Below are positions 34,971-47,734 of a stretch of DNA of 64,000 bases, one piece after another. Under the pieces are notes generated by a model that saw only the letters and a list, made by a program, of their open reading frames with translations, was not told where the DNA came from and did not search any database. The stretch is taken from positions 7,378,001 through 7,442,000 of the forward strand of contig NC_086098.1 of NCBI RefSeq assembly GCF_963921235.1. Direction: 5' to 3'. The DNA is from Mobula hypostoma. Its lineage: Eukaryota. Position 1 is the stretch's first letter; each line of letters opens with the position of its first letter. The translations under genes and the position numbers were made by a program.

Positions 34971-37805
34971 TTACAAAGAACAAGTTTAAATCTTTTACTA
35001 CACTGTGAAGATTTACAAACTTGCTTTCCATTCCATATTAATAAATACAGCACTGTGGAAAAGACTTGGGTACCCTAGCTGTATACAGTATATGCACCTA
35101 AGGCTTCCACAGTAGTGTAAATTTACATCTATTATGAATTTGCTGTGGTGTGCTGGTCAGGGTGTGATATGCAACAGAAACAGCAACATTCAACAATTAT
35201 AAAGAGTAAAGAATTTTATGAAACAAAGTTAAAGGTTAAAATCTGGATATAGAATAAAGTGTGAATAAATACATAAATATCAGCATGTACTCACAATTGT
35301 AAACATTTTTATAAGAACTGGTTTAAAGGTTTTACAGTACAGTGATGGGGGTAATAGGTAGAGGTGGACGGGGAGGTATAACTAGAGTGGTTGATTAGAT
35401 TAACTGCCCATTGGAAGAAACTTTTAAGATAGAGTGAAGTTTTTGTTTTAACAGCCCAATAGCGCTTTCAAGAATGGAGGTTTTGGAAAAGGCAGTTTGC
35501 AGAGTGGGTAATGTCCGTGATGATTTATGCTGCCTGTTGTGGGGTATGGATTTATTTCTTTGAGTGTAATGACTCCCCTTAGCACTAACCATTGACTGAT
35601 AACTTACCCGTGCACATTGATTTGTTGCTCTCTTTGTAAAGTGAACATACAGGTTAACTTCACTCTGAGTGTGAGACCTTATTTAATATGTACAGACACA
35701 ACAAATTGGCGATGAGTACGAACCCGAATATCAGTGAATATCAGCAACTGCGCCAACAGCTACGAGGTGACAGAGCTCGGAGGAAGGGAGAGAGGCAGTG
35801 AGAGGAAGAGTGAACCAGTATGGAGAAGGCAGTCACGGACGCTAGCACAGGGATGCATGAATGACAGTGCACAGTACACAGTGAGAGATGCACAACCAGC
35901 AAATATAAAGTGAAAATAATGTGCTGATGGCCTTCATCAGGAAAGTTGATGAATTTGATAGCTCTAATGAGGACTGGAAATTGTACATTGAGAGGGTTGA
36001 ATTGCATTGTAATGCTAACCATGTCGATGAGAAAAAGAAAGTCTCCACACGTCCTAGCTTAATAGGTGCCAAAACATACAGTCTCTTACGCAACTTAGTA
36101 ACTTCTGAAAAGCCAGCAAGCAAGACATTCAACAAAATTGTTGCAATTTTACAAAATCACTTGGCCCAAAGCCAGTAGGTGTAGCTGAGAGATTCAGATT
36201 TCACCAAAAGAACCAGTCAAAATATAAAAGCTTTTCTGAATACATTGCAGAAACTTTCCCAATACTGTGACTTTGGAAATAGATTTTAAGAGAGAGGCTT
36301 CAATGTGGCATGCACTGTCAAAGCACTCAAAAGAGGCTACTGTCAGAAGGAGACCTAACCTTAGAACCATTGCAATATCAATGGAGACAGCAGCAAAGGA
36401 TGTGTCAGAACTACAGAAAAAAATTAGAATGTGAAATGCACAAAATGTGCCTGGATGATGCAAAAAGCCAAAAATGTCTTTGATGTGGCAAATCATCCCA
36501 TGATGCAAATGGCAGTTGGTTCAAAGAAAAAGTTTGCAGAAAGTGTCATAGACAAAGTCAGAGAGAGAGAATGTGCAAATCCAAGAAAAAGCACAGCCAA
36601 AGAGAAAAATCACACAGAGTGAAAGTTTCAGACACAGATCTAAACAAGTGCATAAAATGACTGAATCAGGCAACACAGAGTCTGAAAAAGGTGAGCTGTC
36701 ATCCCAAGGACTCCATAGCATTGCTGAAGCAGACTGCAAACTCATATGGATCACAAAAGATGTATCTGTTGTAAAACTGAAAATGGAGCTGGATACAGGA
36801 TCAGCTTGTCTATAATTTCAGAGGCTGACTACATCATGTTTCTAAGTTAACATTAGAAAAGATATCAGTGATTCTGAAGACCTACACAGGGAAAAAACTG
36901 TCTCCCAAAAGCAAAATGAAAGTGAAGGTTATGAATGGAAGCCAAACACAGAAGTTGAAGCTTTACGCATTGAAAAGTGAGGGCCAGCACTTTTCAGATA
37001 TGAATGGTTGAGAAAAAGTCCAATTAGACTGGAATGCAATCAAAGCTCTCAGTGTGACATCAACAGGCAACTGCAGCCCAAATAGTAGCGCTAACCAGAG
37101 ATTGTCATGGCTGCTTAATGCTAACGAGGAGCTACTTGAGAAGGGTATTGGTAAACTCGAAGGCAAGAAGGCTAGAATTGAACTTGATGAAGCAGCAACA
37201 CCAAGGTTCCATGAAGCACATCTAGTGCCTTGTGCACCATGTTCTAAAGTGGATGCTGAACTTCAGAGCTTGGAGGTGTCTGGTATTCTCTCCAAGGTTG
37301 AGTGGAGCGGTGGGCAACACCCATAGTCCTGGTGATCAAGAAGGGGAAGGCCAGAGCTGTCTGCATATGTGGGGACTTCAAAGTAAACATCAACCCAGTG
37401 CTGTGCACTGTGTAGTATCCCCTGCCCTGAAAAGAAAACATCTTTGCATCTTTGGCCGGCAAGGGGAGGTTCTCAAAGATTGACTTGTCATAAGCCTATC
37501 TGCAAATGGAGATTGAGGTGTCAACACCAAAATTCCTCACACTAGCAACTGGTCCAGTCTTTGGCATCTTATCTCGTCTCGTCTTTGGCATCACATCTGC
37601 TCCAGCAATTTGGCAAAGAACAATGGATCAAGTGCTCCAAGGCATCCCAGGAACACAATGCTACCTTGGTGGAATCATTGTGCCTGGTAAGAATGACGAA
37701 GAGCACCTCCAGAAACTTGGTAAAGTGCTTATGAAACTGAGTGAGTATGGTCTGTGTGCAAAGAGAGAGAAATCTCATGTCATTGACAAGCATGGCTTAC
37801 CCAAG

Positions 37806-38210
37806 TGTAACACCCTTGGAAAGGTTTCACTGTTAATGTAATGGTCTTTCTGTAGAAGTGGTATTTGGGTTATGGTTAGAGATAACGGGGGCTTTGGAAT
37901 GTGAGCCGTCCAGTGATGGGACTGTGTTTTCATGCCATGTGCCTGACATCAGGGTGATCTGGGTTTTTTGTTCGGAGGAAGATGAAGAGCAAGGACACCG
38001 GAGGGAAGAGATCATAGGATTCGATCCAGAGCGGAGGCATGGTCCGACGAAGGCCGGTGAGATCGAAGGAGGATCGGTGAAGGGGAAACCATGAGCTCCA
38101 ACTTGTGTACATTAGACCGTTTCATTAAAATGGGCCCTTTTCTTTTTTTTCAGTGTTTCTTCACTAGCCCTGTAGTCAAATTAGGAATTGTAAAGCTAAG
38201 TCATTTAATC
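37806..38210 (+). mobile_element. Partial LTR related to solo LTR 16882-17493
   Basis: TGTAACACCC.TGG.AAGGTTTCACTG..AATGTAATGGTCTTTCTGTAG is shared with 16882. Confidence 0.75.
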
Positions 38211-38639
38211 GTTTCCGACTCTTTGGGCGCAGAGCTCAGAGAATGAGACGCAACAGACTTTTAACATCTTGAATCAGCGAGGTGTTTGTTATGTTTCCCC
38301 TCTCGCTGTGAAATGTGGACATCTCTTTTTCCCTTGTTAGGGAGAGAAAGAGAGCCTGTGATATGTTGAATTACCGGGAGAACAAGTAGTCTTTGGGGTA
38401 CTGCAAGACTGTGTCTTTATTGATTTCACTGCATGCTTGAGTGCGCGGTGGAGGGCGCTGATGTTTTTTGCTGGTAGGGTTGGGGGGGTGTCGCTTTGCT
38501 GCTGCTTGTGCGTGGGAGGGGGGAGTTGGGGGGGCTTTGGGGTTCTAACATTTAATTGTTTTCATGGATGTTTGCCAAGAAAAAGAATTTCAAGATGTAT
38601 ATTGTATACATTTCTCTGACATTAAATGTACCCATTGAA

Positions 38640-39610
38640 ACCTTGTCCTTAATAATGGGCACTAACACTTTCCCAACCACTGAGGTTAGGCTAACTGGCT
38701 TATAATTTCCTCTCCTTTGTCTTCCTTCCTTCTTAAAGAGTGGAGTGACATTTGATATTTTCCAGTCCTCTGGGGCCATGCCAGAATCAAGTAATTCTTG
38801 AAAGATCATGACCAATGCATCCACTATCTTTTCAGCAACCTCTCCCAGGCTCTGGGATATAGTCCAACTGGTCCAGGTGACTTATCCACCTTCAGACCTT
38901 TCAGTTTGCCTAGCAGGTTTTCCTTTTTAATAGCAATGGTATTCACTCCTGCTCTCTGACACTGGCAGAGCTCTGGCACACTGCTAATGTCTTCCGCAGT
39001 GAAGACTGATGCAAAATACCTGTTAAGTTCATCTGTCATTTCTTTGTCCCCCATTACTACCACACCAGCATCATTTTCCAGTGGTCCAATATCAACCCTT
39101 ACCTCCCTTTCATTCTTTATATAACTGAAAAATCTTTCAGTATCCTGTTTTATATTATCAGCCACTTTACCCTCATATTTAATCTTTTCCCTTCTTATGG
39201 CTTTTTTTTTAGTTGCCTTTTATTGGATTTTAAAAACTTCCCAATCATCCAATTTCCCACTTGCTTTTGCTACATTATATGCCCTTTCTTTGACTTTTAT
39301 GCAGTCCTTAACTTCCCTTGTCAGCCATGGTTGCCTGGCCCTGTCATTTGAAAACTTTTTCTTCAGTGAGACATATCTATCCTGCCTATTGTGAACTATT
39401 CCCAGAAACTTCAGCCATCTCTGTTCCGCCGTCATCCCCACCAGTATCCCCCTCTAATCCACCTGGGCAAGCTCCTCGCTCACAAATCTGTAATCCCCTT
39501 TATTCCATTGTGATACTGATACATGTGACTTATGCTTCTCCCTCTCAAATTGCAGTATGAATTCAATCATATTATGATCACTGTCTCCTAAATGTTCCTT
39601 TACATTAACC
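38640..39610 (-). mobile_element. CR1 ORF2 internal fragment
   Basis: Minus ORFs read QPWLTREV, KSPGP.GL.PR and NVTPLFKK..NYKPVSLTS. Confidence 0.85.
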
Positions 39611-39626
39611 CAACTCATATTATCTG

Positions 39627-40997
39627 GTACAGTCGATGTCAGGACTAACTGAAGGAAGAGCTAGTAAGAGATTTGAAAGTGGGAGGGGGAGGGGGAGATC
39701 CAAAATGATAGGAGAAGACAGGAGGAGGAAGGATGGAGCCAAGAGCTGGACAGGTGATTGGCAAAAGGGATATGAGAGGATCATGGGACAGGAGGGCCCA
39801 GGGAGAAGGAAAAGGGGGAGGGGTGAAGCCCAGAGGATGGGCAAGGGGTATAGTGAGAGGGACAGAGGGAGAAAAAGGAGAGAGAGAGAAAGAATGTGTG
39901 TATATAAATAAGTAACGGATGGGGTATGAGGGGGAGGTGGGGCATTAGCGGAAGTTTGAGAAGTCAATGTTCATGCCATCAGGTTGGAGGCTACCCAGAC
40001 GGAATATAAAGTGTTGTTCCTTCAACCTGGGCGTGGCTTCATCTTGACAGTAGAGGAGGCCGTGGATAGACATGTCAGAATGGGATTGGGATGTGGAATT
40101 AAAATGTGTGGCCACTGGGAGATCCTGCTTTCTCTGGCGGACAGAGCGTAGGTGTTCAGCAAAGCAGTCTCCCAGTCTGTGTCAGATCTCGCCAATATAT
40201 AGAAGGCCACATTGGGAGCACCGGACGCAGTATATCACGCCAGCTGACTCACAGGTGAAGTGTCGCCTCACCTGAAAGGACGATATACTGCGTCCGGTGC
40301 TTCCGATGTAACCTTCTATATATTGGCGAGACCCGATGCAGACTGGGAGATCATTTTGCTGAACGCTCTGTCCGCCAGAGAAAGCAGGATCTCCTCGTGG
40401 CCACACATTTTAATTTCACGTCCCATTCCCATTCTAATATGTCCATCCACGGCCTCCTCTACTGTCAAGATGAAGCCTCACTCAGGTTGGAGGAACAACA
40501 CCTTATATTCTGTCTGGTAGCCTCCAACCTGATGGCATGAACACTGACTTCTCAAACTTCTGCTAATGCCCCACCTCCCCCTCGTACCCCATCCGTTATT
40601 TATTTATATACACACATTCTTTCTCTCTCTCTCCTTTTTGTCCCTCTGTCCCTCTCACTATACCCCTTGCCCATCCTTTGGGCTTTTCCACCCCTCCCCC
40701 TTTTCCTTCTCCCTGGGCCTCCTGTCCCATGAGCCTCTCATATCCCTTTTGCCAATCAACTGTCCAGCTCTTGGCTCCATCCCTCCCCCTCCTGTCTTCT
40801 CCTATCATTTTGGATCTCCCCCTCCCCCTCCCACTTTCAGATCTTTACTAGCTCTTCTTTCAGTTAGTCCTGATGAAGGGTCTTGGCCTGAAACGTCAAC
40901 TGTACCTCTTCCTAGAGATGCTGCCTGGCCTGCTGTGTTCACCATCAAATTTGATGTGTGTTGCTTGAATTTCCAGCATCTGCAGAATTCCTCATGT
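39627..40997. mobile_element. Penelope-like element: head-to-head inverted pair of GIY-YIG 3' region plus terminal repeat
   Basis: The left arm (minus, to 40280) encodes FTCESAGVIYCVRCSQCGLLYIGE..FAEHLRSV..PVATHFNS..H. The right arm (plus, from 40282) is its reverse complement and ends with the hammerhead and PLE tail. Confidence 0.85.
40866..40901 (+). ncRNA. Minimal hammerhead motif (helix I has one mismatch)
   Basis: AGTC-CTGATGA-AGG(GTCTTGG)CCT-GAAA-C-GTC-AACT. Confidence 0.65.
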
Positions 40998-42454
40998 TTA
41001 CGTTTATAATATCTGGGTTATTACACAGCACTCAGTCTAAGGTAGCCTTTCCCCGATAGCCTTGAGCACAAGCTGCTCTAAAAAACCATCTCATAGGCAT
41101 TCAACAAATTGTTGGTATGTCAAAGAACCCTGATGTGTGGATCTCATGTTGTGGTTCCCTCTAACTTGTACACCAGAGTGTTAGAGAATCTGCGTGGAGG
41201 ACTCCTGGGTGCAGTCAAGATGAAAAGTCTCGCCCGGAGCTACATGTGGTGGCCGGGAATAGATAAACAGGTTGAAGACTTGAACAAAAGCTATTGGGGA
41301 TGCCACCAAGATCAAAATGCACCCCCACATGCACTGTTACACCATAACAAAGAGTGCCTATTGACTTTGCTGGCCCATTCATGAACTCCATGTTTCTGAT
41401 TGCTGTAGATGCTCATTGGATGTGGCCTGAGGTCATACCAATGAAGCCAACCACATCAGAAAAGACCGTTTCCACTCTGAGGGCTATTTTCTCCAGAAAT
41501 GGGTTACCCAAACAAATTGTGAGTTTGCAATGGACCCCAATACATGTCAGAAGGGTTCAGACTGTTCATCAAGAGAAATGGCATCAGACATTTCAAGTCA
41601 GCTCCTCACACCCCCCCCCCTCACCGCCACCAGCAACAAATGGATTAGCTGAAAGGTTTATCCAAACCTTCAAGAAGTTCATTAAAGGATGGCCAGGAGG
41701 AACAAAGTAGACAACTGTCAGAATTCTGTCCATGTGATGACAAATCAAACAGCTGCTGTGCCGTTCGTGAGCAGGAACCTGAGATCTCGCAGAGACCTCC
41801 TGACACCAGATCTACAGAGGGAAGTGCAGAATAAACAGTTGCAACGTAAATCATCAAGGAGCTTCGAGTTTGGACAGAAAATCCTAGCGTGTGATTATCG
41901 AGAATAGTGGACACCCAACTGGATAGCTACAAGAACCGGACCACAGTGGATGCTGGAGATCAGACGTGGAGACATCATGTGGACCAGATACTGGATGTTC
42001 AAGCAAAGAACACACCTGAGTCGACTGCATTAATCAAATGGACACATTGCAGTCACTGGACTTACCTCTCAGTGATGATCCAGTTACTGACAGCAACGTG
42101 ACTCTGGCAGTAGAGAAAGTTGTCTTTGACAAGACACCTGCCAAAATTGATGCCTCTCCATAGGCCCAGATGTGCAATCCTGAAAGAAACAGAGTGCCAC
42201 CCAAAAGACTGAATCTTTAGTATAGTAAAGTTAGTTATGGACTGTTATTTAAAAAAGTAAATCAAACAGTGCTATTATGAAAGCATGTTTATTTGGACAT
42301 GGTCTGTTGAAGGGAAATTGAACGTTTTATACATATACAGTTTTATGTTACATTAATCTAGAGGGGGAGGAAGAGTAATGTATGGATCTATTTCTTTGAG
42401 TACAATAACTCCCCTTAGCATTAATTATTGACTGACAACTTAGCCATACGCAAT

Positions 42455-42940
42455 CAACAAGAATTCTGCAGATGCTGGAAATTCAAGCAACACACATCAA
42501 AGTTGCTGGTGAACACAGCAGGCCAGGCAGCATCTCTAGGAAGAGGTACAGTCGACGTTTCAGGCCGAGACCCTTCGTCAGGACTAACTGAAGGAAGAGT
42601 TAGTAAGAGATTTGAAAGTGGGAGGGAGAGGGGGAGATCCAAAATGATAGGAGAAGACAGGAGGGGGAGGGATGGAGCCAAGAGCTGGACAGGTGATTGG
42701 CAAAAGGGATATGAGAGGATCATGGGACAGGAGGACCGGGGAGAAAGACAAGGTTGGGGGGGAAACCAGAGGATGGGCAAGGGGTATAGTCAGAGGGACA
42801 GAGGGAGAAAAAGGAGAGTGAGAGAAAGAATGTGTGTATAAAAATAAATAACAGATGGGGTACGAGGGGGAGGTGGGACATTAGCGGAAGTTAGAAAAGT
42901 CTACGAGGGGGAGGTGGGGCATTAGTACGAGGGGGAGGTG
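42455..42940 (-). mobile_element. PLE terminal-repeat insertion in the Gypsy 3' LTR
   Basis: 13-bp TSD AGCCATACGCAAT (42442-42454 / 42941-42953). The sequence matches about 40550-40990 reversed. Confidence 0.88.
42550..42585 (-). ncRNA. Minimal hammerhead ribozyme motif
   Basis: Reverse strand AGTC-CTGACGA-AGG(GTCTCGG)CCT-GAAA-C-GTC-GACT. Confidence 0.75.
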
Positions 42941-43099
42941 AGCCATACGCAATGATTTGTTGCTCCCTCTGCAAAGTGAATTTGCAAGTTAACTTTACCC
43001 TCTTTATTTATTTGATATGTAGTTGTACAGGCACAACACCCACTTCTTTGTGCTGGACACGTACCTCTCCTGCAGTGATGGTCGGCCACAGACAATCAC

Positions 43100-46000
43100 A
43101 AACACTAAAAAGTCTGCAGATGCTGGAAATCCAAACCAATACACACAAAATGTCAGAAAGACTCTGCAGGTTAGTCGGCATCTGTGGAAAAGAGTAAACA
43201 GTCGACGTTTCAGGGCGAGGCCCTCCTTCAGGAATGAGAAGGAAGGGGAAAGATGTCAGAATAAAAAGGTGGGGGAGGGGGAGGAGGCCAGCTGGAAGGT
43301 GAGAGGTGAAGCCAGGAGGGTGGGAAAGGTCAAAGGCTGGAGATGAGGGAATCTGATACGAGAGGAGAGTGGACCACAGGAGAAAGGGAAGGAGGAGAAG
43401 ACCCAGGGGGATGTAATAGGCAGGGGAGACGAAGTGAAAGATCAGAGTGGAGAACAGAGAAAGGTGGAGGGGGAATTTGTTCATGTGAAGGAGAAATTGA
43501 TATTAATGTCATTGGGTTGGAGTCCACCCAGAAGGAATGCAAGGTGTTTCTCCTCCACCCTGAGTGTGACTCCTCCACACTGAGTGTGACTCCTCCACCC
43601 TGAGTGTGTCTCCTCCACCCTGAGTGTTCCTCCTCCACCCTGAGTGTGTCTCCTCCTCCCTGAGTGTGACTCCTCCACCCTGAGTGTGTCTCCTCCACCC
43701 TGAGTGTTCCTCCCCCACCCTGAGTGTGTCTCCTCCACCCTGAGTGTGTCTCCACACTGAGTGTGACTCCTCCACCCTGAGTGTTCCTCCTCCACCGAGT
43801 GTGACTCCTCCACCCTGAGTGTGTCTCCTCCACCCTGAGTGTGACTCCTCCACCCTGAGTGTGTCTCCTCCACCCTGAGTGTGACTCCTCCACCCTGAGT
43901 GTTCCTCCTCCACCCTGAGTGTGTCTCCTCCACCCTGAGTGTTCCTCCTCCACCCTGAGTGTGTCTCCTCCACACTGAATGTGACTCCTCCACCCTGAGT
44001 GTGTCTCCTCCACCCTGAGTGTTCCTCCTCCACCCTGAGTGTGTCTCCTCCACACTGAGTGTGACTCCTCCACCCTGAGTGTGTCTCCTCCACCCTGAGT
44101 GTGTCTCCTCCACTCTGAGTGTGACTCCTCCACCCTGAGTGTGACTCCTCCACCCTGAGTGTGACTCCTCCACCCTGTGTGTTCCTCCTCCACCCTGAGT
44201 GTGTCTCATCCACCCTGAGTGTGACTCCTCCACCTTGAGTGTTCCTCCTCCACCCTGAGTGTGACTCCTCCACCCTGAGTGTGTCTCCTCCACCCTGAGT
44301 GTGTCTCCTCCTCCACCCTGAGTGTGTCTCCTCCACCCTGAGTGTGACTCCTCCACCCTGAGTGTGTCTCCTCCTCCACCCTGAGTGTGTCTCCTCCACC
44401 CTGAGTGTGACTCCTCCACCCTGAGTGTTCCTCCTCCACCCTGAGTGTGACTCCTCCACCCTGTGTGTCTCCTCCACCCTGAGTGTGACTCCTCCACCCT
44501 GAGTGTTCCTCCTCCACCCTGAGTGTGACTCCTCAACACTGAGTGTGACTCCTCCACCCTGAGTGTTCCTCCTCCACACTGAGTGTGTCTCCTCCACACT
44601 GAGTGTGACTCCTCCACCCTGAGTGTGACTCCTCCACCCTGAGTGTTCGTCCTCCACACTGAGTGTGTCTCCTCACTCTGAGTGTGACTCCTCCACCCTG
44701 AGTGTTCCTCCTCCACCCTGAGTGTGTCTCCTCCACCCTGAGTGTGTCTCCTCCACCCTGAGTGTGTCTCCTCCACCCTGAGTGTGTCTCCTCCTCCACC
44801 CTGAGTGTGTCTCCTCCACCCTGAGTGTGTCTCCTCCACCCTGAGTGTGTCTCCTCCTCCACCCTGAGTGTGTCTCCTCCACCCTGAGTGTGTCTCCTCC
44901 ACCCTGAGTGTGTCTCCTCCTCCACCCTGAGTGTCTCCTCCACACTGAGTGTGTCTCCTCCACCCTGAGTGTTCCTCCTCCACACTGAGTGTTCCTCCTC
45001 CACTCTGAGTGTGACTCCTCCACCCTGAGTGTGACTCCTCCACCCTGAGTGTGTCTCCTCCACCCTGTGTGTCTCCTCCACACTGAGTGTGACTCCTCCA
45101 CCCTGAGTGTGTCTCCTCCACCCTGAGTGTGACTCCTCCTCCACCCTGAGTGTTCCTCCTCCACCCTGAGTGTGTCTCCTCCACACTGAGTGTGTCTCCT
45201 CCACCCTGAGTGTTCCTCCTCCACCCTGAGTGTGACTCCTCCTCCACCCTGAGTGTTCCTCCTCCACCCTGAGTGTGTCTCCTCCACCCTGAGTGTGTCT
45301 CCTCCTCCACCCTGAGTGTGTCTCCTCACTCTGAGTGTGACTTCTCCACCCTGAGTGTGTCTGCTCACTCTGAGTGTGACTCCTCCACACTGAGTGTGAC
45401 TCCTCCACCCTGAGTGTGTCTCCTCCACCCTGAGTGTTCCTCCTCCACCCTGAGTGTGTCTCCTCCTCCCTGAGTGTGACTCCTCCACCCTGAGTGTGTC
45501 TCCTCCACCCTGAGTGTTCCTCCCCCACCCTGAGTGTGTCTCCTCCACCCTGAGTGTGTCTCCACACTGAGTGTGACTCCTCCACCCTGAGTGTTCCTCC
45601 TCCACCCTGAGTGTGACTCCTCCACCCTGAGTGTGTCTCCTCCACCCTGAGTGTGACTCCTCCACCCTGAGTGTGTCTCCTCCACCCTGAGTGTGACTCC
45701 TCCACCCTGAGTGTGACTCCTCCTCCACCCTGAGTGTGTCTCCTCACTCTGAGTGTGACTCCTCCACCCTGAGTGTGTCTCCTCACTCTGAGTGTGTCTC
45801 CTCCACCCTGAGTGTGTCTCCTCCTCCACCCTGAGTGTGTCTCCTCCACCCTGAGTGTGTCTGCTCACTCTGAGTGTGACTCCTCCACCACGAGTGTGAC
45901 TCCACACTCTGAGTGTGACTCCTCCACCCTGAGTGTGTCTGCTCACTCTGAGTGTGTCTCCTCCACCCTTAGTGTGACTCCTCACTCTGAGTGTGTCTCC

Positions 46001-47720
46001 TCCACCCTGAGTGTGTCTCCTCCTCCACCCTGAGTGTCTCCTCCACACTGAGTGTGTCTCCTCCACCCTGAGTGTTCCTCCTCCACACTGAGTGTTCCTC
46101 CTCCACTCTGAGTGTGACTCCTCCACCCTGAGTGTGACTCCTCCACCCTGAGTGTTCCTCCTCCACCCTGAGTGTGTCTCCTCACTCTGAGTGTGACCTC
46201 CACCCTGAGTGTGTCTCCTCACTCTGAGTGTGACTTCTCCACCCTGAGTGTGTCTCCTCCACCCTGAGTGTGACTCCTCCACCCTGAGTGTGTCTCCTCC
46301 ACCCTGAGTGTGTCTCCTCCACCCTGAGTGTTCCTCCTCCACACTGAGTGTGTCTCCTCCACCCTGACTGTGTCTCCTCCACCCTGAGTGTGACTCCTCC
46401 GCCCTGAGTGTGTCTCCTCCACCCTGAGTGTTCCTCCTCCACACTGAGTGTGTCTCCTCCACCCTGACTGTGTCTCCTCCACCCTGAGTGTGACTCCTCC
46501 ACCCTGAGTGTGTCTCCTCCACCCTGTGTGTCTCCTCCACACTGAGTGTGACTCCTCCACCCTGAGTGTGTCTCCTCCACCCTGAGTGTGACTCCTCCTC
46601 CACCCTGAGTGTTCCTCCTCCACCCTGAGTGTGTCTCCTCCACACTGAGTGTGTCTCCTCCACCCTGAGTGTTCCTCCTCCACCCTGAGTGTGACTCCTC
46701 CACCCTGAGTGTTCCTCCTCCACCCTGAGTGTGTCTCCTCCACCCTGAGTGTGTCTCCTCCTCCACCCTGAGTGTGTCTCCTCACTTTGAGTGTGACTTC
46801 TCCACCCAGAGTGTGTCTGCTCACTCTGAGTGTGTCTTCTCCACCCTGAGTGTGTCTGCTCACTCTGAGTGTGACTCCTCCTCCACCCTGTGTTCCTCCT
46901 CCACCCTGAGTGTGTCTGCTCTCTCTGAGTGTGACTCCTCCACACTGAGTGTGTCTCCTCCTCCACCCTGAGTGTGTCTCCTCACTCTGAGTGTGACTCC
47001 TCCACCCTGAGTGTGTCTCCTCACTCTGAGTGTGTCTCCTCCTCCACCCTGAGTGTGTCTCCTCCACCCTGAGTGTGTCTGCTCACTCTGAGTGTGACTC
47101 CTCCACCACGAATGTGACTCCACACTCTGAGTGTGACTCCTCCACCCTGAGTGTGTCTGCTCACTCTGAGTGTGTCTCCTCCACCCTTAGTGTGACTCCT
47201 CACTCTGAGTGTGACTCCTCCACCCTGATTGTGTCTCCTCACTCTGAGTGTGACTCCTCCACTCTGAGTGTGACTCCTCCACCCTGAGTGTGTCTTCTCC
47301 TCCACCCTGAGTGTGTCTCCTCCACCCTGAGTGTGTCTGCTCACTCTGAGTGTGACTCCTCCACCCTGAGTGTGTCTGCTCACTCTGAGTGTGACTCCTC
47401 CACCGTGAGTGTGACTCCTCGTCCACCCTGAGTGTGTCTCCTCACTCTGAGTGTGACTTCTCCACCCTGAGTGTGACTCCTCCACCCTGAGTGTGTCGTC
47501 TCCTCCACCCTGAGTGTGTCTCCTCCACCCTGAGTGTGACTCCTCCATCCTGAGTGTGTCTCCTCACTCTGAGTGTGACTCCTCCACCCTGAGTGTGTCT
47601 CCTCACTCTGAGTGTGGCCTCATCTGGGCACAAGAGGAGGTCGTTGATCGACACCTCGGAATGGGAATTAAAATGTTTGGCCAGTAGGAAGTCCCGCCTG
47701 TGGTGGACGTTGTGGAGGTG
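43100..47720 (-). mobile_element. Older PLE 3' fragment expanded by an internal minisatellite
   Basis: The right flank reads (minus) LAKHFNSHSEVSINDLLLCPDEATLRV and the left flank VEEKHLAFLLGGLQPNDININFS, followed by the PLE tail with a degenerate hammerhead at about 43199-43235. Confidence 0.8.
43546..47616. repeat. About 4.07-kb minisatellite, 20-bp core unit CTCCTCCACCCTGAGTGTG(T/A) with 17/18/23-bp variants
   Basis: Direct reading of the sequence. All ORFs here are repeat translations. Confidence 0.97.
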
Positions 47721-47734
47721 TGTGACTGCGGACA

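Larger units (their letters stand above)
35535..43038 (+). mobile_element. Ty3/Gypsy (Mag-like lineage) provirus, old, with multiple nested insertions
   Basis: 5' LTR 35535-35703 (TGTTGTG..CACAACA) with PBS-like TTGGCGATGAG, gag (FD...EDW..YIER.E), protease (MELDTGS), RT (LVFGITSAPAIWQRTMDQVL), integrase (MKSLARSYMWWPG, IDFAGPF, TNGLAERF). A PPT AGAGGGGGAGGAAG precedes the 3' LTR at about 42374-43038. Confidence 0.85.

Noticed and set aside
35530..43043. TSD for the second Gypsy
   Set aside because: The flanks (CTGCC / CCCAC) do not match convincingly, so no TSD is claimed.
43330..47548. Long minus-strand ORFs (up to 609 aa) of HSGWRRHTQGGG repeats
   Set aside because: They are translations of a non-triplet (20-bp) minisatellite that is open in all three frames of one strand. 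Starts are mostly non-ATG and there is no coding signal.
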